Shown here piece after piece: positions 22,833 to 34,295 of a stretch of DNA of 37,322 nt. Within the stretch, counting starts at the first letter, position 1. Every line of letters begins with the position of its first letter. The position numbers and the translations under genes are program-made. This DNA is from Octopus sinensis (Eukaryota), in the NCBI RefSeq assembly GCF_006345805.1, contig NW_021836862.1, forward strand, positions 1 through 37,322. The letters are read 5' to 3'. The notes under the pieces were generated by a model. The model did no database searches and was not told the DNA's origin. It saw only the letters and a list, made by a program, of their open reading frames with translations.

Positions 22833-24093
22833 TGTCGCATCACCACGCGCACTACGCCCCGAGCGCACATTATTGATTAGTCATATTGTAATTTTTATAA
22901 ATTTTTTCGAAATATTGAATATAATGACACAAATGGCACTTTAAAAATATTATAATATATTTATTAATTTGTTAATATCTTTTTTTTCATCAAATTTTTA
23001 TTAAATTTACGCACGCTATATACTATGGATTTTCACGTTTGGTTTCCAAACAAAGAAGTTATATAAAAAATAACAATGAATATGATCAAATCAAGTCGAT
23101 TCTCCAGGGATCGATGTAAAGACAAAAATAGAGATCAGGAAAGAAGTCAAAATCTTTTATACTATTAAATGACTGCCTTTATTATCGTGTTGAAAACTGG
23201 AGTCACAAATTAGTTATTTAGTCGAAAAATTTCATGGCAAAAAACCAACTATCACCCCCATAATTGAAGAGAACCTAGAGATCGGTATATTGCAGATTTA
23301 GTGGATCTAAGGAGATATTCAAACCTTAACAGCAATTATGGATGGGTCTTTTTTTTGAATAAGTCTTAGTTGGTTGTTGTAATCGACTCCTTTTCCAAAT
23401 TTGCAGTGGTAAAACTTGCAAAAACGAAATCAGCTGAAGAAATAACAAGAAAGTCAAAAAAGATTTCCTTCTCAATCCGACCCCGAAAGAGATTCGGAGA
23501 GAACAGAAGATCAAATAAATGCATTGTTAATGTTCGACGGAACAAATCCAGAACTAAGTGATGAGTCAAATTCGAATTATTTTGAAAATGACGATAAAAG
23601 AACTGAGAAACAAGTGCATGAAAACCTTGTTAAAGCTGGAGAGAAAATGAAAAAACGTCGTAAGTGGAAATATGACGCAGAAGACATTGAAATTGGAGAT
23701 ACAGTGCTGCTGAAACACAGGACAGGGATGATAACCCCGGTACCGTAGATACCCATTATATGGCGAACTGGATATAAGTACACACAGTTTTAAAAAAATT
23801 TGAAACAACGTGTACTATTAATAAGATAATGGAAAAACAGTATCAAACATTTAAGTAGATTAAAAAAAATTTGATTAAATTTTGATTTTTTTAAAAATTT
23901 TATTTATTTTAAAATGTAAGGCACAATGAATGATGTGTGATTTATGCAACAGGCAGAAATATAAAAACTAATAAAAAAGAAGAAAATCAAAGTTAATTAT
24001 ATTTTCTGATAATTTTTAGATTATATTTATATTTTTTTTGTAGTTTTTTCGATGGTGGGTTATCCAACCCGGTGGGCTATAAAACCGGTGACA
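22833..24093 (+). mobile_element. GIN/Ginger2-like integrase element, internally deleted, with non-matching TGTC ends
   Basis: Reads PIIEEN(P)RDRYIADLVDLR..NYGW|LVVVIDSFSKFA..KTKSAEEI across a 24-nt intron (23346-23369), then VHENLVKAGEKMKKR..IEIGDTVLLK. The central DNG/E part of the rve core was not seen. Ends are TGTCGC (22833) and GTGACA (24093). Confidence 0.72.
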
Positions 24094-24284
24094 TTATATT
24101 TTATTATTTCAGTATAAAAGTTTTGGCAGAATTTTTTCAGGTGTTTCCAAGTTCAGAAGAAATGAATAATTTATAAATTGACTGCGTGGAAAAGTAATAA
24201 CTTTTTTTTGAATTACAGTGATTATAATACATTATCTAGGAAAAATCGCTAAATTTAAACTACAGTTTAAGCAAGTCCTAACTG

Positions 24285-27200
24285 CTAGCGAAATGATGAT
24301 GAAGAAGAAACTGACGAACAGAGTGACACCTCGTGTTCAAAAATGATTTGAGTATATATGAGAGAGTATTTTACCAAGGAGGAATATGTCTTCCAATTAT
24401 CTCTCAGGTTACGGAGAAATCGGGCAAGAACGAACCGATTAGAAAGAAGAGACATCCACGAAAAGGCGAATCTGTCTAACTTCGCAGGCTGAGACTCCTC
24501 CATGAAATTTCTATTTATATACCCAAAATGCCAACGAAAAGAAAAAAGTGCCTGAGCACGGGACCTTTAGCACTTCAGTGAGTCGTTTAACAGACCAATG
24601 AGTATTCGTTGGTAGCAAATTTGGTGACAATTTTCCTCGGCCATCAGAATGGAAAGCACAGTCAGCAACTACAAATTATAACACAATATTCACAGCTTGG
24701 AGAATTGACATCCGAGGATGTGAGGTAAATCTTTCTGAGTTAACGACCAAGGTTGAATAGAAAACAGTCAATTGGTCAACAAAGTAGAACAACAGAGTGG
24801 AGAAGATATAGGATCGTTCGTCGAATTGTCTCACCAACCTATTCTATGGAAAATGATCAGTACCAGTCTGAAAAAGAACGGCAAATCAGGAAATAGTGGT
24901 AGCAACGCAGTTATCGTATCATCGTTGCAAACAGACATAATCAGTGAATTGTCAAAAATTAAGGTCAGAACATGGTCATGGTGTGTCCGTAAACCAATTT
25001 TCTTGCCGGAAAGTACTACCAGCAAATCTTCCGCTAGTTGTGACGCTCGATGATTCCCTGGGACTTGTTGTTATTTGTGGGCAGAATGAGTTATAACTAG
25101 GGCCAACATTTTTTTAACCTTAAAAATTGAAAAATTTAACCTTAAAAAGTTAACTTTATTAACCTATAAACCAAAATTTTTAACCTTAAAATTAAAAAAA
25201 TTTAACTTTATTTATTCTCAGGTTAAACCTGTAAAGTATAAATAAGAAACAATAAAATACTTTAAAGACTATTCATAACATAATTTTCCAATTTTTTGTA
25301 GCAAAGTTTCTGTTTGAGCTCATAAAACTCCTAAATTGCGAAACATCGTTCGATAGATGCCGAGGATGGTTCACAGTTTTGAAGTAACGAATATCTTCCG
25401 GAGAAATATTTTATTATCTATATTAATAATTTTAGTCATATCGCTCTCAAAATTCTCTTCTCTAAATATTTTGATCCCTGCTTCATCCTTCCCGAAGTCA
25501 AGTGTACTTAACGTCGAATATGCAAATTCTATTGTACATTCGTTACTTTAAAGTTGCAATATTTTCTCTATGAGATTAATTACTATATATGAAAAACCTG
25601 GAATATGTGAATATTTATGCGAAATTGCCCATAAGCCTTTTACTAGTTTTTCACTTTTCAAATTATTTTTGGTGGCAGTCACTAGTATTCCTTCGTCCTC
25701 AATCAAATCAAAAATGATAATATGATATTTTTTGTTGGCGCGGATTCGATTGGCTTGAATGAGACCAAATAAGTAATTGTAGGGAGTTTTATTGATCCCA
25801 TCAAAACGGCGACATAACGTTTGTTTCGAATTTGAGTTTCATCGGTTATTGTAAAAATTTTTTGTTCTCTAGAAAATAAACTTTGATGGAATACTTGAAT
25901 CTGTCCCTAAGAGATCCTATGTATTCATTTGCAATATATTTTGCACAATTCCTTGCTTGTGATTGCAAAGGAAGGGAAATTTTGTTGCTTTCGAAGAGAT
26001 CAACAAATAAAGGCATTGATAATTTATTTAGCGGAATGTCACATTTCAGAAAAGCCTTAGTCACCCTCAAATTCCAGTTTCCAATTTCAGATTCATCTAA
26101 TTTTTGTTGGCTAAATGTAGTCAAACGATCTATATATTATCGAAAAATCCTTACCAACGAAAGTCTTATGTTTCTTTGATATCCTGTGGAGGTTAACAAA
26201 ATGCTTTTTCGAGCACTTTACTGTCGTTAAGCATAGTTTACAAAACAATTCATCGTTGTTATTTAACTGAAATTCCTTTGGTAATTCGTTAACAATTAAT
26301 TTTGCTTTAGTTAGATAAGACTTAGAAGTACGCGGCATACAACAAAAACTTGTAATTTACACGCTGTTTAATATTTATTTAATCGTATAATAATAATTTG
26401 TTGAAATAATTAAATACAATAAAGTTAAAACCTTACGATTTATTTTTTTAACTTTTTAACTTTATAATTTTTTAAAATATAAAGATAGAACGTTTAAAAA
26501 TAATATAAAAACAGTTTTTATTTAATTTTTATTTAAAATATTAAAATTTAACTTACTTGTCTGACGAGAGAAAGGACTTGTCCTCTGTTATTGAGTTGTA
26601 CTTTATCTAATTCACTGATCATTCTATCCAGACATGTCTTGATAATTTCCTTGCATTAAATCTTGTCGTTTATTTCCATCAAAAACTCCACGATCTTTCG
26701 TCGTTGTGCCTCCGGTTTGTTGGCTACTTGAGGAGTTGGTGATGGGCGGTATGACTGGTAGTAATTGTACATCTCCGCCTGGAATAACCAAACGCAGAAC
26801 ATTGTAGTGTTCCAAGTAATTCTCATTAGTAAATCGAATAGTATCGATAAATAGAGTCCAGTTTTGAAAACAAATTTCATTACATTTGGAAAGAATAGAT
26901 TCCGACTACAATAAACCACAACAGGTTACGTCAAGGTTGTAGAACTGGCCTAAAGTGTTTTGCAGAACATTAGTCATTTTGCTGCAAACTAACTTGGAAT
27001 TGTTGTGACATGACAATCCTTTCAACACTTGCCTCCTATTCACTAACTCACACACACACAACCCCGGCTGCACAGAAAAAGACTTGAAGAATGTCTCGGT
27101 AACATCTTCCCTGCACATGCAGTAACATAATCAATTTCATTATTCCCAGCACATAAGGATTTGCATTGCAAAGACCTACACTGAATACTCCTCACAATAC

Positions 27201-30200
27201 AATTTCTGAATATTTTGAACATTTCAGGAATTCGATTATAAAAAGCACGTGAGCATTCAACAGGACGCCAGCTGGGAAGAAATAGAGTATCTGAGTCATG
27301 TGATACGGATTATAGTTCTAAATTGTAGTGGAAAGTAGAACAGTGAGAGGGAATCCTCGGTCGATGGCAATAGTAAGACATCCAAACCAATGCCCCATTA
27401 TACTCAGAATGTGGAGAGACGTCCCCTCCCGAACTTTAACCATCAAACTCTAATAATGAACGACATTCGAACATACAATTCTAGTCTGGAGTGTTTGTAA
27501 GAGGACCATGTCGTAAAGATCGGAGGTCCCAGATTCGTGATCAAGTGCAAGGACACGCAATAAGGGTGTATCTGCTTTTCAATTCGCAGCAGTTTTTTAA
27601 GCAAAAACTTGTGTAAAGAATTTACACAAGTTCTTCGTCATTCTTCGATGTCCGACCATCTTGATGACCTGCACTGTGACGTGGGAACACAACCATTTAA
27701 CCAATGTTGTCCTTGTTAATCTCGTTAATGACTTGTTCAAGCACAATCACAAAATCTTGAGATATGCCATATGATCGAGCATCAAGTGGTTCATCCGAAT
27801 GTTATAGGGACATATGTCCGGGAGTGTTCGTCCAATGAAAGGGTCCTTTCCAATATTAGAGAGTAATAATCCATAAAACTAATATACTCCTTCGCACAGG
27901 AATCCCACATTCTGAAATAGCAAGAATGAAAAACCTTATAGAATTTAGAAGATAGTTCATTGCGACCACTGAATTAAACCTTTTCTCCTCGAGGGATAAG
28001 GCAATCGAGTCCACCTTCTGCATAAGAGAAGACCACGCATCTGGACTGCAATTTAAATGTAACACAATACGTGTATAGTTTGTATGTGTACATTGCCAAC
28101 AGAGTAACAGTCAGGTTCTCAATCACGCTAAACGTGAAGGTGTGGAGGCTGTATAGTTCTTCTTTGGTGTTTGTGGACATTAACAGATTGTAGTGAGACT
28201 GAAATAGCACAACACGCTTCAACCGTATTCTGAATTTCTCTTGAAGAACACACTTTGGTGAAATAAGGAATAAAGTGGTCAAGGGTAATGTAACCAGTCT
28301 TGATTGCCCTCAGCAAGTGTGTCGTACGCTGTTGAACGTCGTCATCATTAGCAGATAGGGCAACCACATTCGGGAAGACGCGTCAGCTTCCGGGCTGCCT
28401 CTGCGGTAGATGAATTCTTTTTATTCTAAAACTAATTATAACAACACGACTGAGAAGAAGAGGACGCTAATATGAGCCCTTAGTTTGGAGAGTTGTGGAG
28501 TGTTGGTGATTCGGAGTGCTGAGTGCACAATCATGAGCGCGTGTATCTCCTTTTCATTCTGTTTGAGAAAAACGGAGTAGACGAATGTGATGATTTTCTC
28601 AATGATTCCTGGAATGAGAAAATTAAAATCACCATTCCCGTATTTCTCCACGTTGACCATCAACCACCCGTCGGGCGTCCAATGTTTGTCATGCAGCCAA
28701 CAATAGCGGTTGTAGTAGTAACTGAAGGGAATATTCGTCGAAAAACGAATGTCGTGTAATTTCTACGTGTAAATCGAGAACTACCTCGACATTGCAGGTC
28801 ATTCTGTACATTGCCTCAAAATAATCCCTAGAGGATAGGCAAATCATCTCCAACGCCTTCTTTATTGCATGCACGACATCGACGTCCAACTAAAATAATA
28901 ATACTCTGACAAACCTGGACAGCAAAACGGAAAAATGACCAATAATCCTTGTTTTGGAAAAAGAACCTAATTAGTGAGCATACGAGACTCATTTTGAGAG
29001 GATTGCGCCAATCCACCTGCAATAAAGTTACGCAATCACAACTGTGCCGCAATTTACAATTGCTATGAACACAACTCCATCGGGGGATTGAACAACTTGA
29101 TTATATTTTCCTGCAACGCATTTCCTGAGCTATCGAACATGAGACAGGCACACATGTCAGTGCAAGTCCTAATCGTAACATCTCAGGGGACCACCAAATG
29201 AGATGTCGTTTGGTCGAGTCCAAGAAGGGAACGTTTATTTTCTCGATTAAAAGCACTCGGGAGGCGTGTGGAATCTGATCAAAGATATCTCTGCACTCCA
29301 ACATCATTTTTATAATATTAAACTAAGGTCAATACGAGTACTAACCTGGACTTGCTTATGAATCCAGTCACTAAATATGTTACTACACGACAATCGGATA
29401 TTTTGTCACAAGCCGGACGCGTCACCGAGCCGGACGCGTTACACTTGTGTGCTTTGAATTGGGCAACAAGGTAAAGTAAACAAATATATTATTAAAAGAT
29501 TTAAAATTTTAACATGATTCAAAATTAAATAACTTAAGTTTTCCATGAATCCCATAAAATTAATTATAAGTAGACCTTAAAGGATCATTTGCTACCCACA
29601 CACCCATTGGTCGTCCCTTTGGTCTCATTGGATCCTACAAGACCGTTAATTAGTTTGGTTACTTGTGTCTGTTGGTGTTCAAAATAAAAAAATAAATAAG
29701 TAGACCTTAAAAGAAAAAGTAAAATCAATGAATACTGAACGCTAATTTGGTTTAGGTTGTGAGGGGGGTAATAATTTGACAGATCTCATTGCTATTTCTC
29801 GTTTCAATCTCTAATTTGGGTATATGCGAAGAAGAGACATGTTGTGTCTCATAAAATGACCCTATACAATGAAATCAAACCCACATTAATTAGCCTCTTG
29901 TTCTGCTCTTGGCTTTTTCCCTAACATTAATTTATGGGTTTGTTGGGAAATAAAACCTGTCTTGTCTTGTCTCTTGTCGGTATTTGTCAATTTATAAATT
30001 TTTTATTGACAAAATCACCTGAGAAATTAAAGTTGAATTTTAAACGCGTCCGGCTCGGTAACGGGTCCAGCTCGTGACATATTTAAATCATTGCAGGCCA
30101 ATGAAAATAGTGCGGCCAGTTTATGTCCGTCGGTAATGATATGATCATTGTCCAATCCTTTGAGCACATCATTCCAATCAATTCTCATTTCCTGTGTGGC

Positions 30201-30344
30201 CACCTCGCACAGAGTTCCCAAGTCACCCTGAATGTGACCTCATGGACTAACCCCTCCACTCATAAAATATGACAGAGCCACGGCCAACTGCCGCATAGTC
30301 ATCTTGCCCTCACTCTTCTGAATTGCCTCCCGTATTTCTGGCAT
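24285..30344 (-). CDS. CNOT1: CCR4-NOT scaffold CNOT1/Not1, multi-exon, interrupted by two TEs; N- and C-termini not found
   Basis: Collinear segments resembling recalled CNOT1: [11 protein letters not shown]; [11 protein letters not shown]; SPEMLRLGL; [11 protein letters not shown] (MIF4G/CAF1-binding); [10 protein letters not shown]; [14 protein letters not shown]; [34 protein letters not shown] (Not1 domain). Exact exon structure is unresolved. Confidence 0.8.
25098..26400 (-). mobile_element. hAT-like (DUF659/CGGBP1-type) element, internally deleted, within a CNOT1 intron
   Basis: N-terminal Zn finger LFCKLC..H..SKKH; [12 protein letters not shown]; terminal TAGGGCCAAC at 25098 with AACCTTAAAA subterminal repeats. 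The host intron starts GTAAGT at ~26558 (-). The other TIR was not found. Confidence 0.75.
29404..30079. mobile_element. Non-autonomous TIR element B (676 bp; TGTCAC termini; 5-bp TSD TATTT)
   Basis: Left end TGTCACAAGCCGGACGCGTCACCGAGCCGGACGCGTT; right end (rc) TGTCACGAGCTGGACCCGTTACCGAGCCGGACGCGTT. TATTT at 29399-29403 and 30080-30084. Confidence 0.88.
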
Positions 30345-30350
30345 TTGTTG

Positions 30351-30809
30351 TCCATTCCAGTAGATAAGCTGGTGAAGGGACGCTATCAGGACAACTACGA
30401 GTTCGTCCAGTGGTTCAGACTCTTCTTCCTCGCTAACTACACCATTGAGGTGGAGACGTACGATGCACTCAAGGCCAGAAGTGGTAAATCCATGCCCAGA
30501 ATGGGTATTGTTTGTGCCACAGTCGTAGTCCCGTCTGGGGTCCTCACTCAGAACTCAGATAGACCAGGAATCACACAGTTGGAGGCTCAAGTCGAGTCTT
30601 TCAACTCCAGAGTTGAGTGTCTGACCAAAGAGCGAGATTTTTATTACAACAAACTGGTCGAAATTGAGAAATTGGTCAGAAATGTCCCCTTCAAGGACCA
30701 GTTCGTGTCTTCTGTCGAAATGGTTCTGTTTGCTGTGGAGGTTTCCTCTGTTTCGGACTTAACCATGTTAGGATGGATTTGCCCCCTCAGATCTGACTTA
30801 ATTATTTGA
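30351..30809 (+). pseudogene. MAPRE1: EB1/MAPRE end-binding protein lacking the first half of its CH domain
   Basis: [25 protein letters not shown] and [18 protein letters not shown]|DGF. No sequence for the preceding ~85-90 aa was found. Family-level identification only. Confidence 0.8.
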
Positions 30810-30856
30810 AAATAATATATTTTATGTTACTAAATAAAATTGTGTGCTATGGCAAC

Positions 30857-31950
30857 ATGAGTGACCATGTTGAGCTGACAGGGGATAGGTATGTAAGAGA
30901 GAATGCTCTGCCCAAGGAGATTGCGGAGATGCCACTGAGTGACACGTTCTGTCAGTATTGTGGAGTCAGTCATCTTATGTTTCACGAATTTGAAATGTTG
31001 AGACAGAAGGTACTTAGACTATGTGGATTGACAGATTGCCCGACTTGAACAAGGTCAGTCCCCCGTGGAAGACCAGTCAAAGACGGAAAGTTTGAAAAGA
31101 GACGTTTTATTAAAGTTTTATTGACATTTAATACGTCCAAGCCGAACCCGTTTAAGACAGCAAATGGAGGAGCTCACCCAACTCAGCTCAAGTGTAGGGT
31201 CACAAGGAATTCTAATAAGGAACTTAAAGAAGGAAGTGAGTATGTTCTTGCGGAGCCCTACTTCATTCAGTCAAACAAATCTCGATTCAGGACACAAGAA
31301 GAACAGCATTAATTCATTTAAATCGAAGGATGCTCTTTTTGGAAGACAAATACAAACAACTTGGTCGAATCCTGGCCAAAAATTACGAAGTTATGAGCGA
31401 CAAAATCAGTTTTCTGTTCAATACGAATTCGAAGTTGAGGGACGACAATTCGAGTTGTTTGATATTCCCATTTTAGAAATCCTGGCCAGTTTTAAGGAAA
31501 TGGAAAGACGACTAAACGATGAGATATCTGAGCAGAAACAGCGTGACCAAGGAAAAATAATCGACTTAACTGCCCAGACCAGGGAATTGCAGACTGCCTT
31601 AAATAACATGAAAGGGCAATTTCAACGTGAAAAGATTGATTCATCACGTTTGCCGTGTTGAGTCATCTCTTTAGAACTGGCTGGGAAATTACAGAACGAA
31701 TTGACTATCATACAACAAGAAAACAAATCTCTTGCAACTGAAAAGTATTTTCTTTTATGAATTTCAGAGAAATGTATTTTCTCGCTGTGGAAACCAAGTC
31801 TTGTCAACTTAAGTCCCTGGCCAAAGAATACGAGCAAAGGGTGAGTGCTTGTCCGGAGTGAATAGATCGCTGACATGAGTCAACGACATAAAAAAGAGAT
31901 CGCTGAAATAAATAGTACACTGGAGAGGGAGGTTTTTAGGGGGTTTCATT
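30857..31950 (+). CDS. LEKR1: LEKR1-like coiled-coil protein, multi-exon; 3' end uncertain
   Basis: ALPKEIAEMPLSDTFCQYCGVSHLMFHEF closely resembles the recalled LEKR1 N-terminal motif (ALPEEIQKM..CKYCGVSYLILHEF). It is followed by heptad-rich exons and 23-35-nt introns. Confidence 0.7.
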
Positions 31951-33215
31951 GACAGAGATTGGAACATATTTCTCTAAAAAATAAAATTCAATCCGAACGA
32001 GTTTCCAGTCAAAAGCGGACAAATGAACTGGAGGGTGCCCCAAATAGTCCATCGAATTTATCAACGTTGGCTTTTTCGCTGGCTTTGTAGACTCGAGTTT
32101 TTTATTCGTAATTTTGACCAGTCGTGGCTTTATACGAATCGAGCGGAATGAAACACTCCCCTCGGCCTTGTCGGGGAATTGTTGCTTTTTTGGCGTCAAA
32201 ACATGTGTGATTTTGAGCCCCCTTCTGGCTGATTTAGCATGTTTGGGAACACGGGAGGTGGACTTGGCGACCCTGAGAACAGTCCTACACCCCCCGCACT
32301 CACATTTGTCACTGAACACACGGAACTCCCAATCCGGGTAGGTGGGAGAGGCCTTCTCTTCCGTCGGGGGGGAATCGCCCATGAAGAGGACAAGGGCGGC
32401 GTGGTGGACCAACTGGACATTATTCCCTGCAATAAAAGGACGGGCAAACCTATTTTGATGTCCAAGAACACTCGATCGTTGGCATCGAAGAATGTTTTGG
32501 GGAGATTAAAGTGGTTTAGCCAGTCAATTTGCACAGACAGCATGTAGTTATCAGACAGACGACTGACCGAGCCAGTAAACGTGCCCACAATTCCCCAGGG
32601 AGCCAACACAACTACAAATAAGACAGAAAGGCAACCCCTTCTGGCACTCAACTGCTTGTAGTCCTGTTTTTGTGGAATAAACAGCCTCTGACAGCGTGTG
32701 GTGTGGATGACTGCACAGACAGTGGTCCCTTGGAGGAAAAACCTGAAGAAGAATGCGAAATGTCTACAAATACTCCAACAAGACAACAAGTTTGAATGTG
32801 GGTCAACAAAGCACGTCCCAACTCGTATATATTTGTGGGCCAGTGCTCTACAAATAGCACACTCGAGTACTTTTCGAAGGCATTGTGGATGGCTCGATAG
32901 AACATGAGGAGAGCGTCATAGGACATGCCCTGTTCCCAACTGCCTTCAAGCACTACAATGGGGGACTGGCACAACCCTCCAGTTGTTCTCCCAATGTGGA
33001 GGCCATCGAGGGCACATCGTTGCTGTACCAGAACAGCCACAGTTCGTAGTTCTTCCAATTATCGACAGGAATGCGTCTCCAGGCAGCGAGGAGGTTGTTC
33101 TTTCGACTGTGGGAGTAGGCCATGATCACTGGGTCTTCCAGGATAGTATAATTCGAGGGATTTGGATTGGTGTATCTTTGCCAGCGAAGGTTGTCAAGTT
33201 CCGTCTGAGGTTAAG
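31936..33215 (-). CDS. MED13: Mediator kinase-module subunit MED13, N-terminal domain only
   Basis: LRWQRY..EDPVIMAYS..AWRR..ELWLFWY; GSWEQGMSY..FYRAIHNAFE; FFLQGTTVC; VVLAPWGIVGTFTG. These match the recalled Med13_N, and three 23-nt introns keep the frame. Confidence 0.85.
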
Positions 33216-33244
33216 CAACACGACGGGACATAAGATGGATTAGT

Positions 33245-34295
33245 TTCGGACCGAAGCTCAATTGGAAATGCTCAAGAGTTGGTTGTAGAGTCCATGTTCT
33301 ATTAAAAAGGTATAATTTCTCTCAAATAATTCTAGATACCTGGTTGGAGATTTGTAGATGCCATTTGAGGATGTCATCGCCTACATATACTTATGGAGTT
33401 ACGATAGGCATACCTTCAAATGGCTTCATCACGAATACAATTGGGGTGAACATACATATGTCGATGGGCTATGTTTTTACGTGAAGTCTGTGTGGACGCA
33501 CTGTTAAAAGATCTGACGGCAAAATTGGTATTATTAATGTTATTTCAGGTGGTCCTGGTATGATGGTGGAGGTAGACGAGAGTATGTTTTCCAAACGGAA
33601 AAAACAACTCTGGAAGATTTTACCAAAACAGTGGGTCTTCGGTGGTATTTGTCGAGCCACCAAACAGTGTTTCTGCAACCAGTCGCGGATAGGAGCAGAA
33701 AACACTGCTCAGTCTAGTAATTCGATATGTCGAGGTGGAAGCGGGAAGCATTATTTATAGTGACTGCTGGAAAGGTTAGCATTATTGATTAACATTAGGG
33801 TATTCAACTTATCAATTGGTTGAAAACGGCTACACACACGAAACCGTTAACCATAAGTAAGGAAATATAATATATTCAGAAAATTCTTTGTGGATCCAAC
33901 GACGGGAGTGCACACCCAGACAGTAGAACGAATGTGGGGAAGTGCAAAATGCAAGAATAAAGCTCAAAGAGGAGCTGTAAGACATCATCTGGGATCTTAT
34001 TCGCAGGTTTTTTTTAGTTAGTTATTTTTCAGAATTTATGTGGCGAAAACAAATACAGAACTATAAGGAATGTTTTGCACAGATTGTAAAAGACATAAAT
34101 TCCTTCTACAGTCCTGGAATTTGGATGCCGCGTACTAAAAATGACTAAATTGGTTAAATAAATTTTAAATAATTTAATAACCATTAAATTATGATAGAGG
34201 GTTGAGGGTTATAAATTAAAATCTATTTTTCACTAAAAAATTAATTAATTTTAATTATCTTCTAAAAAAACTGCGACCACTTCGACAAAAGTACC
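33245..34295 (+). mobile_element. Merlin/ISXO2-like (IS1595-type) DDE transposase gene with five tiny introns; right TIR-like end present, left end missing
   Basis: Motifs: NWKCSRVGC, IYLWS, GGPGMMVEVDES, QWVFGG, IYSDCWKG, HETVNH, FVDPTTGVHTQTVERMW, EFMWR; stop at 34146-34148. The end at 34295 reads GGTACTTTTGTCGAAGTGGTCGCAG (rc), a 5'-GG terminus typical of Merlin. Confidence 0.88.
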
